64,000 bases of DNA from assembly GCA_963924565.1 (NCBI GenBank), contig OZ004608.1:1178001-1242000 (forward strand). Direction: 5' to 3'. The notes beneath the pieces are model-generated. The model did not search any database. It saw only the letters and a program-made list of their open reading frames with translations, and was not told where the DNA came from. The DNA comes from Ascidiella aspersa (Eukaryota). Below, one piece after another: positions 37,701 to 49,700 of the stretch (its first letter is position 1; the number at the start of each line of letters is the position of its first letter). The position numbers were made by a program, and so were the translations under genes.

Positions 37701-40700
37701 TATAGTGTGTGTAGTCGTTACAGCAGTTGATAGTTATAGTGTGTGTAGTGTACACCAGTTGCTAGTTATTGTGTGTGTAGTCTTTTACAGCAGTTGCTAG
37801 TTATTGTGTGTGTAGTCTTTTACAGCAGTTGCTAGTTATTGTGTGTGTAGTGTACAGCAGTTGCTAGTTATTGTGTGTGTAGTGTACAGCAGTTACTAGT
37901 TATTGTGTGTGTAGTCGTTACAGCAGTTGCTAGTTATTGTGTGTGTAGTCGTTACAGCGGTTGCTGGTTATTGTGTGTGTAGTCGTTACAGCGGTTGCTA
38001 GTTATTGTATGTGTGGTCGTTACAGCAGTTGCTAGTTATTATGTGTGTAGTCGTTACAGCAGTTGCTGGTTATTGTGCGTGTAGTCGTTACAGCAGTTGC
38101 TAGTTATTGTGTGTATAGTGTACCGCAGTTGCTAGTTATATTGTGTGAAGTGTACAGCAGTTGCTAGTTATTGTGTGTGTAGTCGTTACAGCAGTTGCTA
38201 TTTATTGTGTGTGTGATCGTTGCAGCAGTTGCTAGTTATTGTGTGTGTAGTCGTTACAGCAGTTGCTAGTTATTGTGTGTGTAGTCGTTACAGCAGTTCC
38301 TAGTTATAGTGTGTGGTGTACAGCAGTTGCTAGTCATTGTATGTTTAGTCGTTGCAGCAGTTGCTAGTCATTGTATGTTTAGTCGTTGCACCAGCTGCTA
38401 GTTATTGTGTGTGTAGTCGTTACAGCAGTTGCTAGTTATTGTGTGTGTAGTCGTTACAGCAGTTGCTAGTTATAGTGTGTGTAGTGTACAGCAGTTGTTA
38501 GTTATTGTGTATGTAGTCGTTACAGCAGTTGCTAGTTATTGTGTGTGTAGTCGTTACAGCAGTTGCTAGTTATTGTGTGTGTAGTCGTTACAGCAGTTGC
38601 TAGTTATTGTGTGTGTAGTCGTTACAGGAGTTGCTAGTTATTGTGTGTGTAGTCGTTACAGGAGTTGCTAGTTATTGTGTGTGTAGTCGTTACAACAGTT
38701 GCTAGTTATTGTGCGTGTAGTCGTTAAAGCAGTTGCTAGTTATTGTGTGTGTAGTGTACAGTAGTTGCTAGTCATTGTATGTTTAGTCGTTGCAGCAGTT
38801 GCTAGTTATTGTGCGTGTAGTCGTTAAAGCAGTTGCTAGTTATTGTGTGTGTAGTGTACAGTAGTTGCTAGTCATTGTATGTTTGGTCGTTGCAGCAGTT
38901 GCTAGTTATTGTGTGTGTAGTCGTTACAGCAGTTGCTAGTTATTGTGTGTGTAGTGTACAGCAGTTGCTAGTTATTGTGTGTGTAGTCGTTACAGCAGTT
39001 GCTAGTTATTGTGTGTATAGTGTACCGCAGTTGCTAGTTATATTGTGTGAAGTGTACAGCAGTTGCTAGTTATTGTGTGTGTAGTCGTTACAGCAGTTGC
39101 TAGTTATTGTGTGTGTGATCGTTGCAGCAGTTGCTAGTTATTGTGTGTGTAGTCGTTACAGCAGTTGCTAGTTATTGTGTGTGTAGTCGTTACAGCAGTT
39201 CCTAGTTATAGTGTGTGGTGTACAGCAGTTGCTAGTCATTGTATGTTTAGTCGTTGCAGCAGTTGCTAGTCATTGTATGTTTAGTCGTTGCACCAGCTGC
39301 TAGTTATTGTGTGTGTAGTCGTTACAGCAGTTGCTAGTTATTGTGTGTGTAGTCGTTACAGCAGTTCCTAGTTATAGTGTGTGGTGTACAGCAGTTGCTA
39401 GTTATAGTGTGTGTAGTGTACAGCAGTTGTTAGTTATTGTGTATGTAGTCGTTACAGCAGTTGCTAGTTATTGTGTGTGTAGTCGTTACAGCAGTTGCTA
39501 GTTATTGTGTGTGTAGTCGTTACAGCAGTTGCTAGTTATTGTGTGTGTAGTCGTTACAGGAGTTGCTAGTTATTGTGTGTGTAGTCGTTACAGGAGTTGC
39601 TAGTTATTGTGTGTGTAGTCGTTACAACAGTTGCTAGTTATTGTGCGTGTAGTCGTTAAAGCAGTTGCTAGTTATTGTGTGTGTAGTGTACAGTAGTTGC
39701 TAGTCATTGTATGTTTAGTCGTTGCAGCAGTTGCTAGTTATTGTGCGTGTAGTCGTTAAAGCAGTTTCTAGTTATTGTGTGTGTAGTGTACAGTAGTTGC
39801 TAGTCATTGTATGTTTGGTCGTTGCAGCAGTTGCTAGTTATTGTGTGTGTAGTCGTTACAGCAGTTGCTAGTTATTGTGTGTGTAGTGTACAGCAGTTGC
39901 TAGTTATTCTGTGTGTAGTCGTTACAGCAGTTGCTAGTTATTGTGTGTATAGTGTACCGCAGTTGCTAGTTATATTGTGTGAAGTGTACAGCAGTTGCTA
40001 GTTATTGTGTGTGTAGTCGTTACAGCAGTTGCTAGTTATTGTGTGTGTGATCGTTGCAGCAGTTGCTAGTTATTGTATGTGTAGTCGTTGCAACAGTTGC
40101 TAGTTATAGTGTGTGTAGTCGTTACAGCAGTTGATAGTTATAGTGTGTGTAGTGTACACCAGTTGCTAGTTATTGTGTGTGTAGTCTTTTACAGCAGTTG
40201 CTAGTTATTGTGTGTGTAGTCTTTTACAGCAGTTGCTAGTTATTGTGTGTGTAGTGTACAGCAGTTGCTAGTTATTGTGTGTGTAGTGTACAGCAGTTAC
40301 TAGTTATTGTGTGTGTAGTCGTTACAGCAGTTGCTAGTTATTGTGTGTGTAGTCGTTACAGCGGTTGCTGGTTTTTGTGTGTGTAGTCGTTACAGCGGTT
40401 GCTAGTTATTGTATGTGTGGTCGTTACAGCAGTTGCTAGTTATTATGTGTGTAGTCGTTACAGCAGTTGCTGGTTATTGTGCGTGTAGTCGTTACAGCAG
40501 TTCCTAGTTATTGTGTGTGTAGTGTACAGCAGTTGCTAGTTATTATGTGTGTAGTCGTTACAGCAGTTGCTAGTTATTATGTGTGTAGTCGGTACAGCAG
40601 TTGCTGGTTATTGTGTGTGTAGTCGTTACAGCAGTTGCTAGTTATTGTATGTGTGTAGTCGTTACAGCAGTTGCTAGTTATTGTATGTGTAGTGTACAGC

Positions 40701-42085
40701 AGTTGCTAGTTATTATGTGTGTAGTCGTTACAGCAGTTACTAGTTATTATGTGTGTAGTCGTTACAGCAGTTGCTGGTAATTGTGTGTGTAGTGTACAGC
40801 AGTTGCTAGTTATTATGTGTGTAGTCGTTACAGCAGTTGCTAGTTATTATGTGTGTAGTCGTTACAGCAGTTGCTGGTTATTGTGTGTGTAGTCGTTACA
40901 GCAGTTGCTAGTTATTGTATGTGTGGTCGTTGCACCAGTTGCTAGTTATTGTGTGTGTAGTGTACAGCAGTTACTAGTTATTGTGTGTGTAGTCGTTACA
41001 GCAGTTGCTAGTTATTATGTGTGTAGTCGTTACAGCAGTTGCTGGTTATTGTGTGTGTAGTCGTTACAGCGGTTGCTAGTTATTGTATGTGTGGTCGTTA
41101 CAGCAGTTGCTAGTTATTATGTGTGTAGTCGTTACAGCAGTTGCTGGTTATTGTGCGTGTAGTCGTTACAGCAGTTGCTAGTTATTGTGTGTGTAGTGTA
41201 CAGCAGTTGCTAGTTATCATGTGTGTAGTCGTTACAGCAGTTGCTAGTTATTATGTGTGTAGTCGTTACAGCAGTTGCTGGTTATTGTGTGTGTAGTCGT
41301 TACAGCAGTTGCTAGTTATTGTATGTGTAGTCGTTGCACCAGTTGCTAGTTATTGTGTGTGTAGTGTACAGCAGTTACTAGTTATTGTGTGTGTAGTCGT
41401 TACAGCAGTTGCTAGTTATTGTGTGTGTAGTCGTTTTTCGTGATTTTCCACAGATTTATAGGACGTTTGTATGTTAGTTTAAGATTATTTTTTCTCGCCT
41501 AATTTAATTTATTTCCGTTTGCTCTTTTAATTTAATTATCAGACGCTTGTAAAATTTAAGAACCACTAAATTAAAAGTTTTAACTAACTATAATCCTGCT
41601 CAAAACCTGTGGTGTGTGTAATACCAGCACCTCTTGGAGCTCAGTTGTAAATGTGTCACTAATATAAACGATTAAAAGCCTTGTTCTTGGAAACTGTATT
41701 CTTTTAAATTTTAAGAAGGCCGCATTTTATACATTTTGTTTCAATGAGGTTTACAACCCCGACACTAAAAACTTTGTGCATTCAAAATCTCAAAATCATA
41801 GTTGGGTTTTAATCTTGTTGTTCGTCTTTTTAAAACCTCCAGCCATTGTTTTCTAAGAGTCATGTGTGATTCGTGACCTCAGTGAAGCGTAGCCCATTAT
41901 GACGTTATTGTTTGACCTTGCAGCTGACCTTCGTTCACTGGCGTGACGACAAGAAATCGCGTCAATGTCCAGTCGTCATCGCTTGTGGAGAAGGATACCA
42001 ACACTTCGGCGCAAAATCCCTTACTCGGGAATCCCCTACTACGCAACCCAACGCACCAACCATCGTCTGCTGGAAAGTTGTTTAA
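19714..42085 (+). CDS. ARHGEF10: Rho guanine nucleotide exchange factor 10/10L-like (DH, PH-like, C-terminal WD40-like beta-propeller), >20 exons
   Basis: DH domain: [23 protein letters not shown]...[16 protein letters not shown]...[21 protein letters not shown]...[55 protein letters not shown]. Then [66 protein letters not shown] and C-terminal VVIACGEGY...IVCWKVV*. Stop at 42083-42085. ARHGEF10 versus ARHGEF10L cannot be resolved (likely a pro-orthologue). Confidence 0.9.
21202..21370 (+). repeat. ~6 x 27-30 bp tandem repeat copying an exon end plus its splice donor
   Basis: Unit aaccttatggact(g/a)cag|gttaatataa. The first copy is the real exon end (donor after 21218). Confidence 0.92.
30711..31983 (+). 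repeat. ~17.5 x 72/73-bp minisatellite made of the exon 3' end plus donor; it makes up almost the whole intron 30777-32004
   Basis: The unit encodes [25 protein letters not shown]|GTAAT donors recur at 30777, 30849, 30921, 30993, 31065 ... 31933. Confidence 0.97.
33950..41435 (+). repeat. ~7.5-kb satellite of 32/34-bp units (>200 copies) in the last ARHGEF10 intron
   Basis: Unit cagcagttgctagttattgtgtgtgtagt(cgtta/gta). It begins immediately after the donor at 33946. Higher-order blocks are visible. Confidence 0.98.
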
Positions 42086-42412
42086 ACACGTGAATGAATA
42101 ACCCCGTCTGATTGGTCGGATCCGAGGTTATCTGAACACGTGACTGAATAACCCCGTCCGATTGGCCGGGTCCTTGATTATCTGAACACGTGACTGAATA
42201 ACCGCGTTTGATTGGTCGGATCATAGGTTATCTAAACACGTGACTGAATAACCGCGTCTGATTGGTCGGGTCCTAGGTTATCTAAACACGTGACTGAATA
42301 ACCGCGTCTGATTGGTAGGATCCTAGGTTATCTGAACACGTAACTGAATAACCGCGTCTGATTGGTCGGATCCTAGGTTATCTGAACACGTGACTGAATA
42401 ACCGCACCTGAT
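42084..42412 (+). repeat. ~6.5 x 50-bp tandem repeat starting at the ARHGEF10 stop codon (3' UTR)
   Basis: Unit aacacgtgactgaataaccgcgtctgattggtcggatcctaggttatctg. aacacg ends at 42090, 42140 ... 42390. Confidence 0.95.
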
Positions 42413-43597
42413 TCGACAAAGTTATCGAGACTATACCTAGAGCTTTGCACGAATCACTTTCAAGCCTGGCATTTAATGCTTTGGAAGGTGAGTGATTTTA
42501 TTGGTTGATTCGGAGTCATGTGACCAAAACGTTGTTGGTGTGAATGTTTCTTATTGGTCCGTTGTAGATTCCAAAAACAATTGCCTTTTTTACGTTAAAC
42601 TGCCCATTGTGTTTTATGGGTTATTATAGGCCAGGTTGAATTGCTAATAATTAGCTTAATCTTTTTTTCAAACGATTAGTTTTTTGGCATTAAATGTCTT
42701 CGGTGCAATTGAAAAGTTCCTTCGTGACTTTAAATTTACCTTTTTATATTAAGACCACATTTCACAGAGTTAGGTAATGATCTGATACACTTGTCAATTA
42801 GCTCACTTGTTAGGCGAATGTTTGTAGGGCCAAGCTTAAAGCTGTATTTTATTATGTTTTCTTGCTGAGGTGATATATATCCGCTGTATTTCAACCAACA
42901 ATGTTTTAAACAAACGCGATTTTACGCCTAAGGCCTTGAAACTGTCCGATAGTATCGGATCGTAACCGATAGCAAATACCGAACTAAATGTATTTCAGCC
43001 ATAAGGTGTTGAAGTTCTGTTGCTATCTATTAATAAATGCTGTATTTGGTCGACCGAAATTTTCACCCAAACATTTATGGATTGCAATAAACTGCGAATT
43101 ATCGATGGTCCAACTTGCTTAATGTTATGTTTTCCGCCAAGTAGTTTACATCGGCTTACAATTATCTGCGCCACTTTATTGTTGTTCAACAAACTCTGCC
43201 TTTCTTACCGAAGTTACTACTGTATGTCTTTTGTCGCTCGCTTCATATAGTTACTAAATATCTGACCAAAGTTTTTCCAATGTTACTAAAATGTTAGCAT
43301 CTTATGTTGTGCCACCTGGTGCCTGTTTTAATATTAACTGTGTTTTTAATTGTTGGTGCTTTATTACTGGCTTTTTTCACTTACGCGATTTTACTGATTT
43401 TTTCATTTATGTGATCTTTTAATTGTTTTCGTTTAAATACATTGACTGGTTGATTAATCCTGAGCTGTAGCGTAATATTATCCTCGACTAAACGGTTCAA
43501 GTCACGTGATCAAGGCGCGGGCGTTTTTGGTCACGTGCTTACAATATAAATTGTTTTTGTTTACTTTTCGCCTCTCTTTGTTACGTAGCAGATCGTA

Positions 43598-43690
43598 TCG
43601 TGACGCAATAGATCTAATTGTGACGCAATTGATCTAATTGTGACGCGATAGATCTTATTGTGACGCATTATATTTTATTATGACGTAACT
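43598..43690 (+). repeat. ~5 x 20-bp degenerate repeat
   Basis: Repeated gtgacgcaatagatctaatt-like units. Confidence 0.75.
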
Positions 43691-46600
43691 GTTATGTGTT
43701 TTTATTTAAACCGAGGTGGTATATTATAGCATTACCGTCAATAAGCTTGCATTACGACGTCATAACAGCACAAATAGATGACGTCACCCATTGTCAACCG
43801 ATTGTTCCTCTTTTTTTTGTAGTGTTCTGTAGTTCGCACTTGTTTTGTTGATTGTTTGTAATAATTTGCATTGTTACGTATTTGACGCTGTGCAATTCTA
43901 TTGGCTGATTGTAAATAATAATGGCCTTATTATGACGTTTACCTAACGTGACGTAACAATGCTTACTTTGTGTGTGGAATAACTGAAGTTTAAAACATTG
44001 ACAGTTTGTCGTGAAATAAACAAACATCGTTACCCACTTCGCGTTTGTATTGTTTGATTTTGTTAGAACTATTGTTAGATATTGAAGTACATTTAAAAGC
44101 TTTAATGACGCAAATTAAATATGGGAATTTTTCGAGTGGTGGTATGTCCATAATATTACTTAGAATTATCTTTCACCAAACACCAAGCCTGGCCAGATAG
44201 TTTAAAAAGCAAAATTTGTGTAAATTCACAAAATCAATCTGTCAATTAAACGTTAAATTACAAAAAAAACAGATGCTTTGATAAGAAATTTAAAAACACT
44301 ATATATTATTCGTTTAACCCCATAACTAAGTAACCTAAAGATAATGTTATTTATAAGTTGGTTTCTCTGTAAAGTTTGTTAAATTTGTCGCCGCCCAGGT
44401 TTGAAGTGCCCTTGTTACGTCAAGAGTCCTCGCTTGTTAAGTTCGAACGTCCCTTTGTTGTCCATTGTTTCTTGCTTTACTAGCATTATGGCGTCACTAA
44501 TAGCAACAGTGGTGTTGTAGGTCATGTGACATGTTTAAATCAAACTTTTGATTTAGTTTCATGGATTCATGCGATTTAACTGTGGACATGACCCAGTTGT
44601 TAGTTAAAGAACTGTTTTGAGTAAGAGTTGTTTTTACAGTGATAAGTTTGTGATACATTTTGAGTTATTTCAGTTGAAATGTGCTGCATAATGTGTTACA
44701 AGTAATATGAGGTCTAATTACTCGGTAGCTCCAGACAACATATTGCCTCAATGTAAAAGCTGCTACTGATTTGAATTTGCCTTGAAGTTTAGAACAAAGT
44801 AAATGTTGTTGTTCCTCGGTCTACGTTGTGAAAGTGTGGCGCGTCACAACGTAAACAATATCTTGGTTTAAGTAATGCCCTGAGGCAAAATATAGCTCAC
44901 CTTTTCTGGATTCTGAATTTGCTTTATAAAACTGATAACGTGATCTGATTTTTATATTTCTATAAAAAATGGATTAATCTTTCTTTATGGTAGTTCAATT
45001 AAATATTAGAACATATTGACATTTTAAAAATAACTCCTGTTTGCGTGCACACAATAAATTAATTTTTTAAAAGAGTTATACTAAGGAAAAACGAATTATT
45101 ATTATTTGTCCGAAGTTCCCTCACATATGCAGCAATAAGATAAACAGAAATCTCTTTTAACACTATTTCAGTGGCTGAAACATCATTTAGAAGCAAAGTA
45201 ATTTTTGATTCTTTGAAAAACCGCGATAAGATCGATTTTATTATTTTTCTCGACTTCAAACATCTTGGTTTCGTTAGATAGACGTATAAATTCACGTAGG
45301 CTATAGATGTTGTTTCAATTGATTCTCTTTTTAAAACTCATTTATGTTAGTTTTATTCATTGTTATATCTGTATTTTAAGTTCATGGTCGTTTGGACTAC
45401 AATATTTTAACAGAGTCATCACAATTATATATTTTTTCTAAATCTCGATAAACTTCGCCTCGCTTGATTTTTCTTAAGTATCTACGTCATCAAATCAATT
45501 TCGCAATTCAATCGAAATAAAAGTGCTTGAAAACTTCCGCGATTGCCTCTCAACATTTTAGTTGGATGAATTAACAGCAGTGAGCGAAGAATTTAGCCAC
45601 TCATTGTTGCTTTTATTATTAAAAAGCTTTCCGGGAAATTCCACGTTTTTAGGGAAGGTGTTTTGTTTCATGTTTATTGTTGAAAGTGTTGAAACGTTAA
45701 CTCAGAGTTACTTTTAAGCGATGAAAGTTGTTTTCACCTGGAAGAAAAACCGAACTCCTGCCGATAAATAATTAATTTTAATGCAGCTTATGGACGCTCA
45801 AAAAGAGCGCTTGTCTCATTGTGACGTTTGAATTATGCATCGCGCGAGCCACGAACGCCAGGTGTTTGTGTGAGATGTGGAGAGACCAACATCAGAAAGT
45901 CAGATGCTTGATACAAGCGATTAGAATTGTTAAAAGCAGCGTGGTTGAAAGTTATCATCGTTGGATGTTTTCATTGCTGAACTTTCGCTGGTTTACCAAA
46001 TTATTTGGATATTAAGTCTTGTATCAGAAATTATCGTTTTGAACGCATTAGAATTTGAAGTTCATTTTTCTTAATTTAAAGCTATAACCCAACGAAAATA
46101 ATGTGTATTGCCAACTCAGTACAAAGTTGTTATTAAGTAAAATGGCATATCGAACTAGTTACATTCTAAATAGTATTTGTCGCAAATATGATGCAAAGGT
46201 TTGCATTAATTTCTTACATTTGTACATTTAATGAATAGAAGGTTTAGATTTTATTGAGGTGTCGTAATCCAGTTCAAAACATGATTTTTTGTTAAAATGG
46301 TGTTACTTTTATAATAAACTGTAACACGTTATCTATAATATTCCCGCGATATTGTAGTTTGATTAAAATTGCGACATCTCGGTTATGTTTTCCAACTCAT
46401 GTGCTGCAATTGTATTGATGTTGAATTGCTTAGCGGTTTTACGCGCAGTAGAAATAGGTGCTACCATTGGGCATTTGCTGTGGATAAATCTAATGAAAGC
46501 ATCTAAAAAATGTTTAATAAAAACGATTCTTAGAAACAGCAATTTATGTTTTTAGTAGAATTACCTTTTTTTTTTCCACGGTAGTTGTTCGCAAAACTTG

Positions 46601-46797
46601 TCATTTTCCAATTCGTTTTAAAATTTTATTCTGTGACTATTTAAGGTTTTTACAGCTTCTAATAACTATTTACGAAAGGTTGAGTCGCAGAAATTTGATT
46701 TCATAGGCGAATCACAAGTAATAAACAGTTTCCAAATATTCAAGTTGCCACTTAACTTACTGCGAGGAATGTTCCAGCTCACCCCAGTTGTTTAAAG

Positions 46798-49700
46798 ATG
46801 CTGCGGATCACAACATTCATCCTGGGTCTGCTACTAGCCGTGGGGATTCCCCCGGGGATGTCCCAGGACCCCGAGGTGGGTAGTTATCCCCCTCTAGTGG
46901 ACATCGCGAAGTTCAAGCGCCCCTCAGTTGCCCCAGACACTGGGACCTGTGGGGTCAAGGCCCCCTCACCCTTCTGTGCTCCCGTGGACTCTGCTGAGGG
47001 GCTGGAGAAGCGATCTTGTAACATCCGGACTTGCAGCCAGAGATGTCCGGGAAGAGACAGGGACGAGGATCCGCACACCAGGTGCCGCTATGTGCAACAC
47101 TTAGCTGTGGTGGTTTTTAAAACCATTTAAATCTTTTATTACTTCAGGGCCGTGGTAGCGTTATCGCGAAATAAATTATTTTTAGCTGCACCTTCCTCAC
47201 AGATCCGAGTGTTAGAACAACTTCACTTCTGGGTTGCCATGTTTTGAACATCATACCAGGGGTGGGCGACTTTTCCTAGCCGCAGCCCCAAACCAATCTC
47301 AATAAGCCCATGTTACACTCGCTGCAGGAACAAGATGTGCGCTAAGCATAAACAAATTTTGCTTTTCATGTTGTCCAGAAGTTTGTAAAATACTTCGTAG
47401 GACTTGCTCTGGCGGGCCGGATATGGCCTGCGGGCCGAAGATTACCCCTGTTCCAGGACGTTGTTTATGACAATCGTGTCTATTGTTTGCAGCGATCCTT
47501 CTCGCTTCATCGAGTTGTTGGACGGTGAGAAAGGCCGATGCATCGATTACGACCACGTGGACACCAAGATCCGGGGAACCCCCTCGCTGCGGTTCTACAA
47601 CGACCCTGCTTGTGGGTTTTCCCCCGACCGAATCGTCAAGATGTCGAGGAGGGGTCAGTTCACAGCAACTGTGTGGCTCAAGCAGATGCCGAGGAACGCA
47701 GGGTGGGTGTGTTTTCGCTACAGTGTTCGCATAGGTAGTGACAGTTAAACAATAGGCATGTTGTTTAACCCCAATTCCATTGTTCAATCCCTCTTTTCAT
47801 TTGTTAAATTCGTCTATTCCATTGTAGAAATGGTTTGATCAAAATTTGCCAATGACGGATCAGAAACATGTTTTCGTGTTCTTATTTTAAGTTTGTTTGT
47901 TTGGTCCTTTATAAATTGTTTTTCCTTTTAACACTTGTGTCACTCTTATCCCACTAGTTATGAGCAGTTTTCACCCCATTGTTTAATTCTTCTTTTCCAT
48001 TGTTTCCTCTCCAGAGTGATCTTTGAGAAGGCTGCTGGTCGCCCGGGGCAACGCAAGGAGATAATCCTGACTATCATGGTCGGAAGCTTCAGCCTAATGA
48101 TCCAATACTGGGGGGTAAACGGTCGCCCCAACATCAAGGGGTTCCGGGCGCCGTTTCCCCCGGGCCAGTGGCACCACCTTGCCATCCAGGTGAGATGGTA
48201 GCAACACTTTGCTCGTGGAGTGCTAGGTTTAGATGCTTTTAGTAACCCCCAGTAGACGTATTTACCGACGATTCTTATTATTGTTGAAAGTTCAGATGCA
48301 CAACTTGGGAAAGTATTTAATTTCGAAAACAATAACTTCAAATTACAGGCTAAAATAAGTTAGGTAAAACGTCATTTTATAATTTATTGTAGGCTCCTGC
48401 CCAATTGTTGTGATGGTATCATAAAATTAACCTGTGTATTGAGCGCAAAAAGGGTTGCTAGAATAAAACTATAAAGATGTTTACTTTTACCATAATGACT
48501 ACAGCTTTATTTCCACTTAACCGGAACTTTTTCCCGAGGTTTACGGTCGTGACATCAGCATCTTTATCGACGGTCCTGGTCCGGATGGAACTCCATTTCT
48601 GGTCGATAAACTCCCCGTTGCTATGCAAGACGTCAACATCATGCCGGTTATCAGGATCGGGCAGCGGTTTGGAGGTGAAATATGTGACCTTGAATTTAAC
48701 TTAACAGGATATATAACCAATTTGACCTTGGAACGCACTTTAACATAATATATGACCTTACACGTCTTGTGACCTTAAAATTGAATTAAGTTAGACATAT
48801 GCCTTTAAAGTTTGTGGCGAGATTTGTTCAATACTGCATCCCTGATATTTAAAACCAGGGTAAAATTATAGGTTTAAAATATAAGCAGTACTTTTATAAT
48901 TGAAGTTTTAGTGTTTTGCAATACAAGATATTATTTGGCGTCGTTGTACAAATCCTTATTATCCACCAACAATGATTTACTCGTGACGATTAAAGCGTCC
49001 GTAAAATTAACCTTAATAAAATGTTTGACCTTGAAATACTGTATTTCCTGCCTCGACCTTCAGCGTGGAACGAATCTTCAGAACTGGCGACTTTTCTTAA
49101 GAGGGAATTCCCCTCTGTGAACAGTAAGTGCGCATGTCACCACTTGGTGTCGCTACATGTCATGTATTCCTATTGTCAGCTGGACCGCCATTTTGTGTCA
49201 GAAATTTGACATTTTGTTTCTATTCTGAAGAAAGTACAAATGTGTTCAATGTCCATTTTGTTTGGTGGTTTGTGGTTTCGGGTGTCATATAGTAGAATAT
49301 GTGTATTTGTTACGTCATTTACATCGTATAATGTCATTGTTGTTACGTCATTATGGTGACTGGCATAATTTTCCGAAATAGTAGATTTTTGCAAGATTGA
49401 AATGCAAAAACAATGGAATTTGTAATCCCATCGTGTTATATCATGTTAAGGTTACCAACAGGTTAACAAAGATCCCTCTTAATAGAATAGACCAGTAAAC
49501 ATCTAAGGCGAGTTAACGCACTTTGTAATTATTCTACGGTGTTGGTAGATGGAATTTATCGCAGTAATAACCCTGTAAGTACCGTAGGGCAACCAGGTGG
49601 CACTATATGATTACAAATTGTGCTTCATCAGGTCAAAGCAGAAATATAAGCAATTAAAATGCACGAAGCAGAAGCGCAAGTAAAAGGCGATAAGAATGGT

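Noticed and set aside
34056-40001. Repetitive hydrophobic ORFs ([18 protein letters not shown]...)
   Set aside because: These are translations of the 32/34-bp intronic satellite. They shift frame constantly, and the flanking RhoGEF exons (33945 and 41924) join in phase.
42995-46015. Short ORFs between ARHGEF10 and usherin
   Set aside because: AT-rich, no recognisable domains and no consistent exon chain; likely UTR or intergenic sequence.
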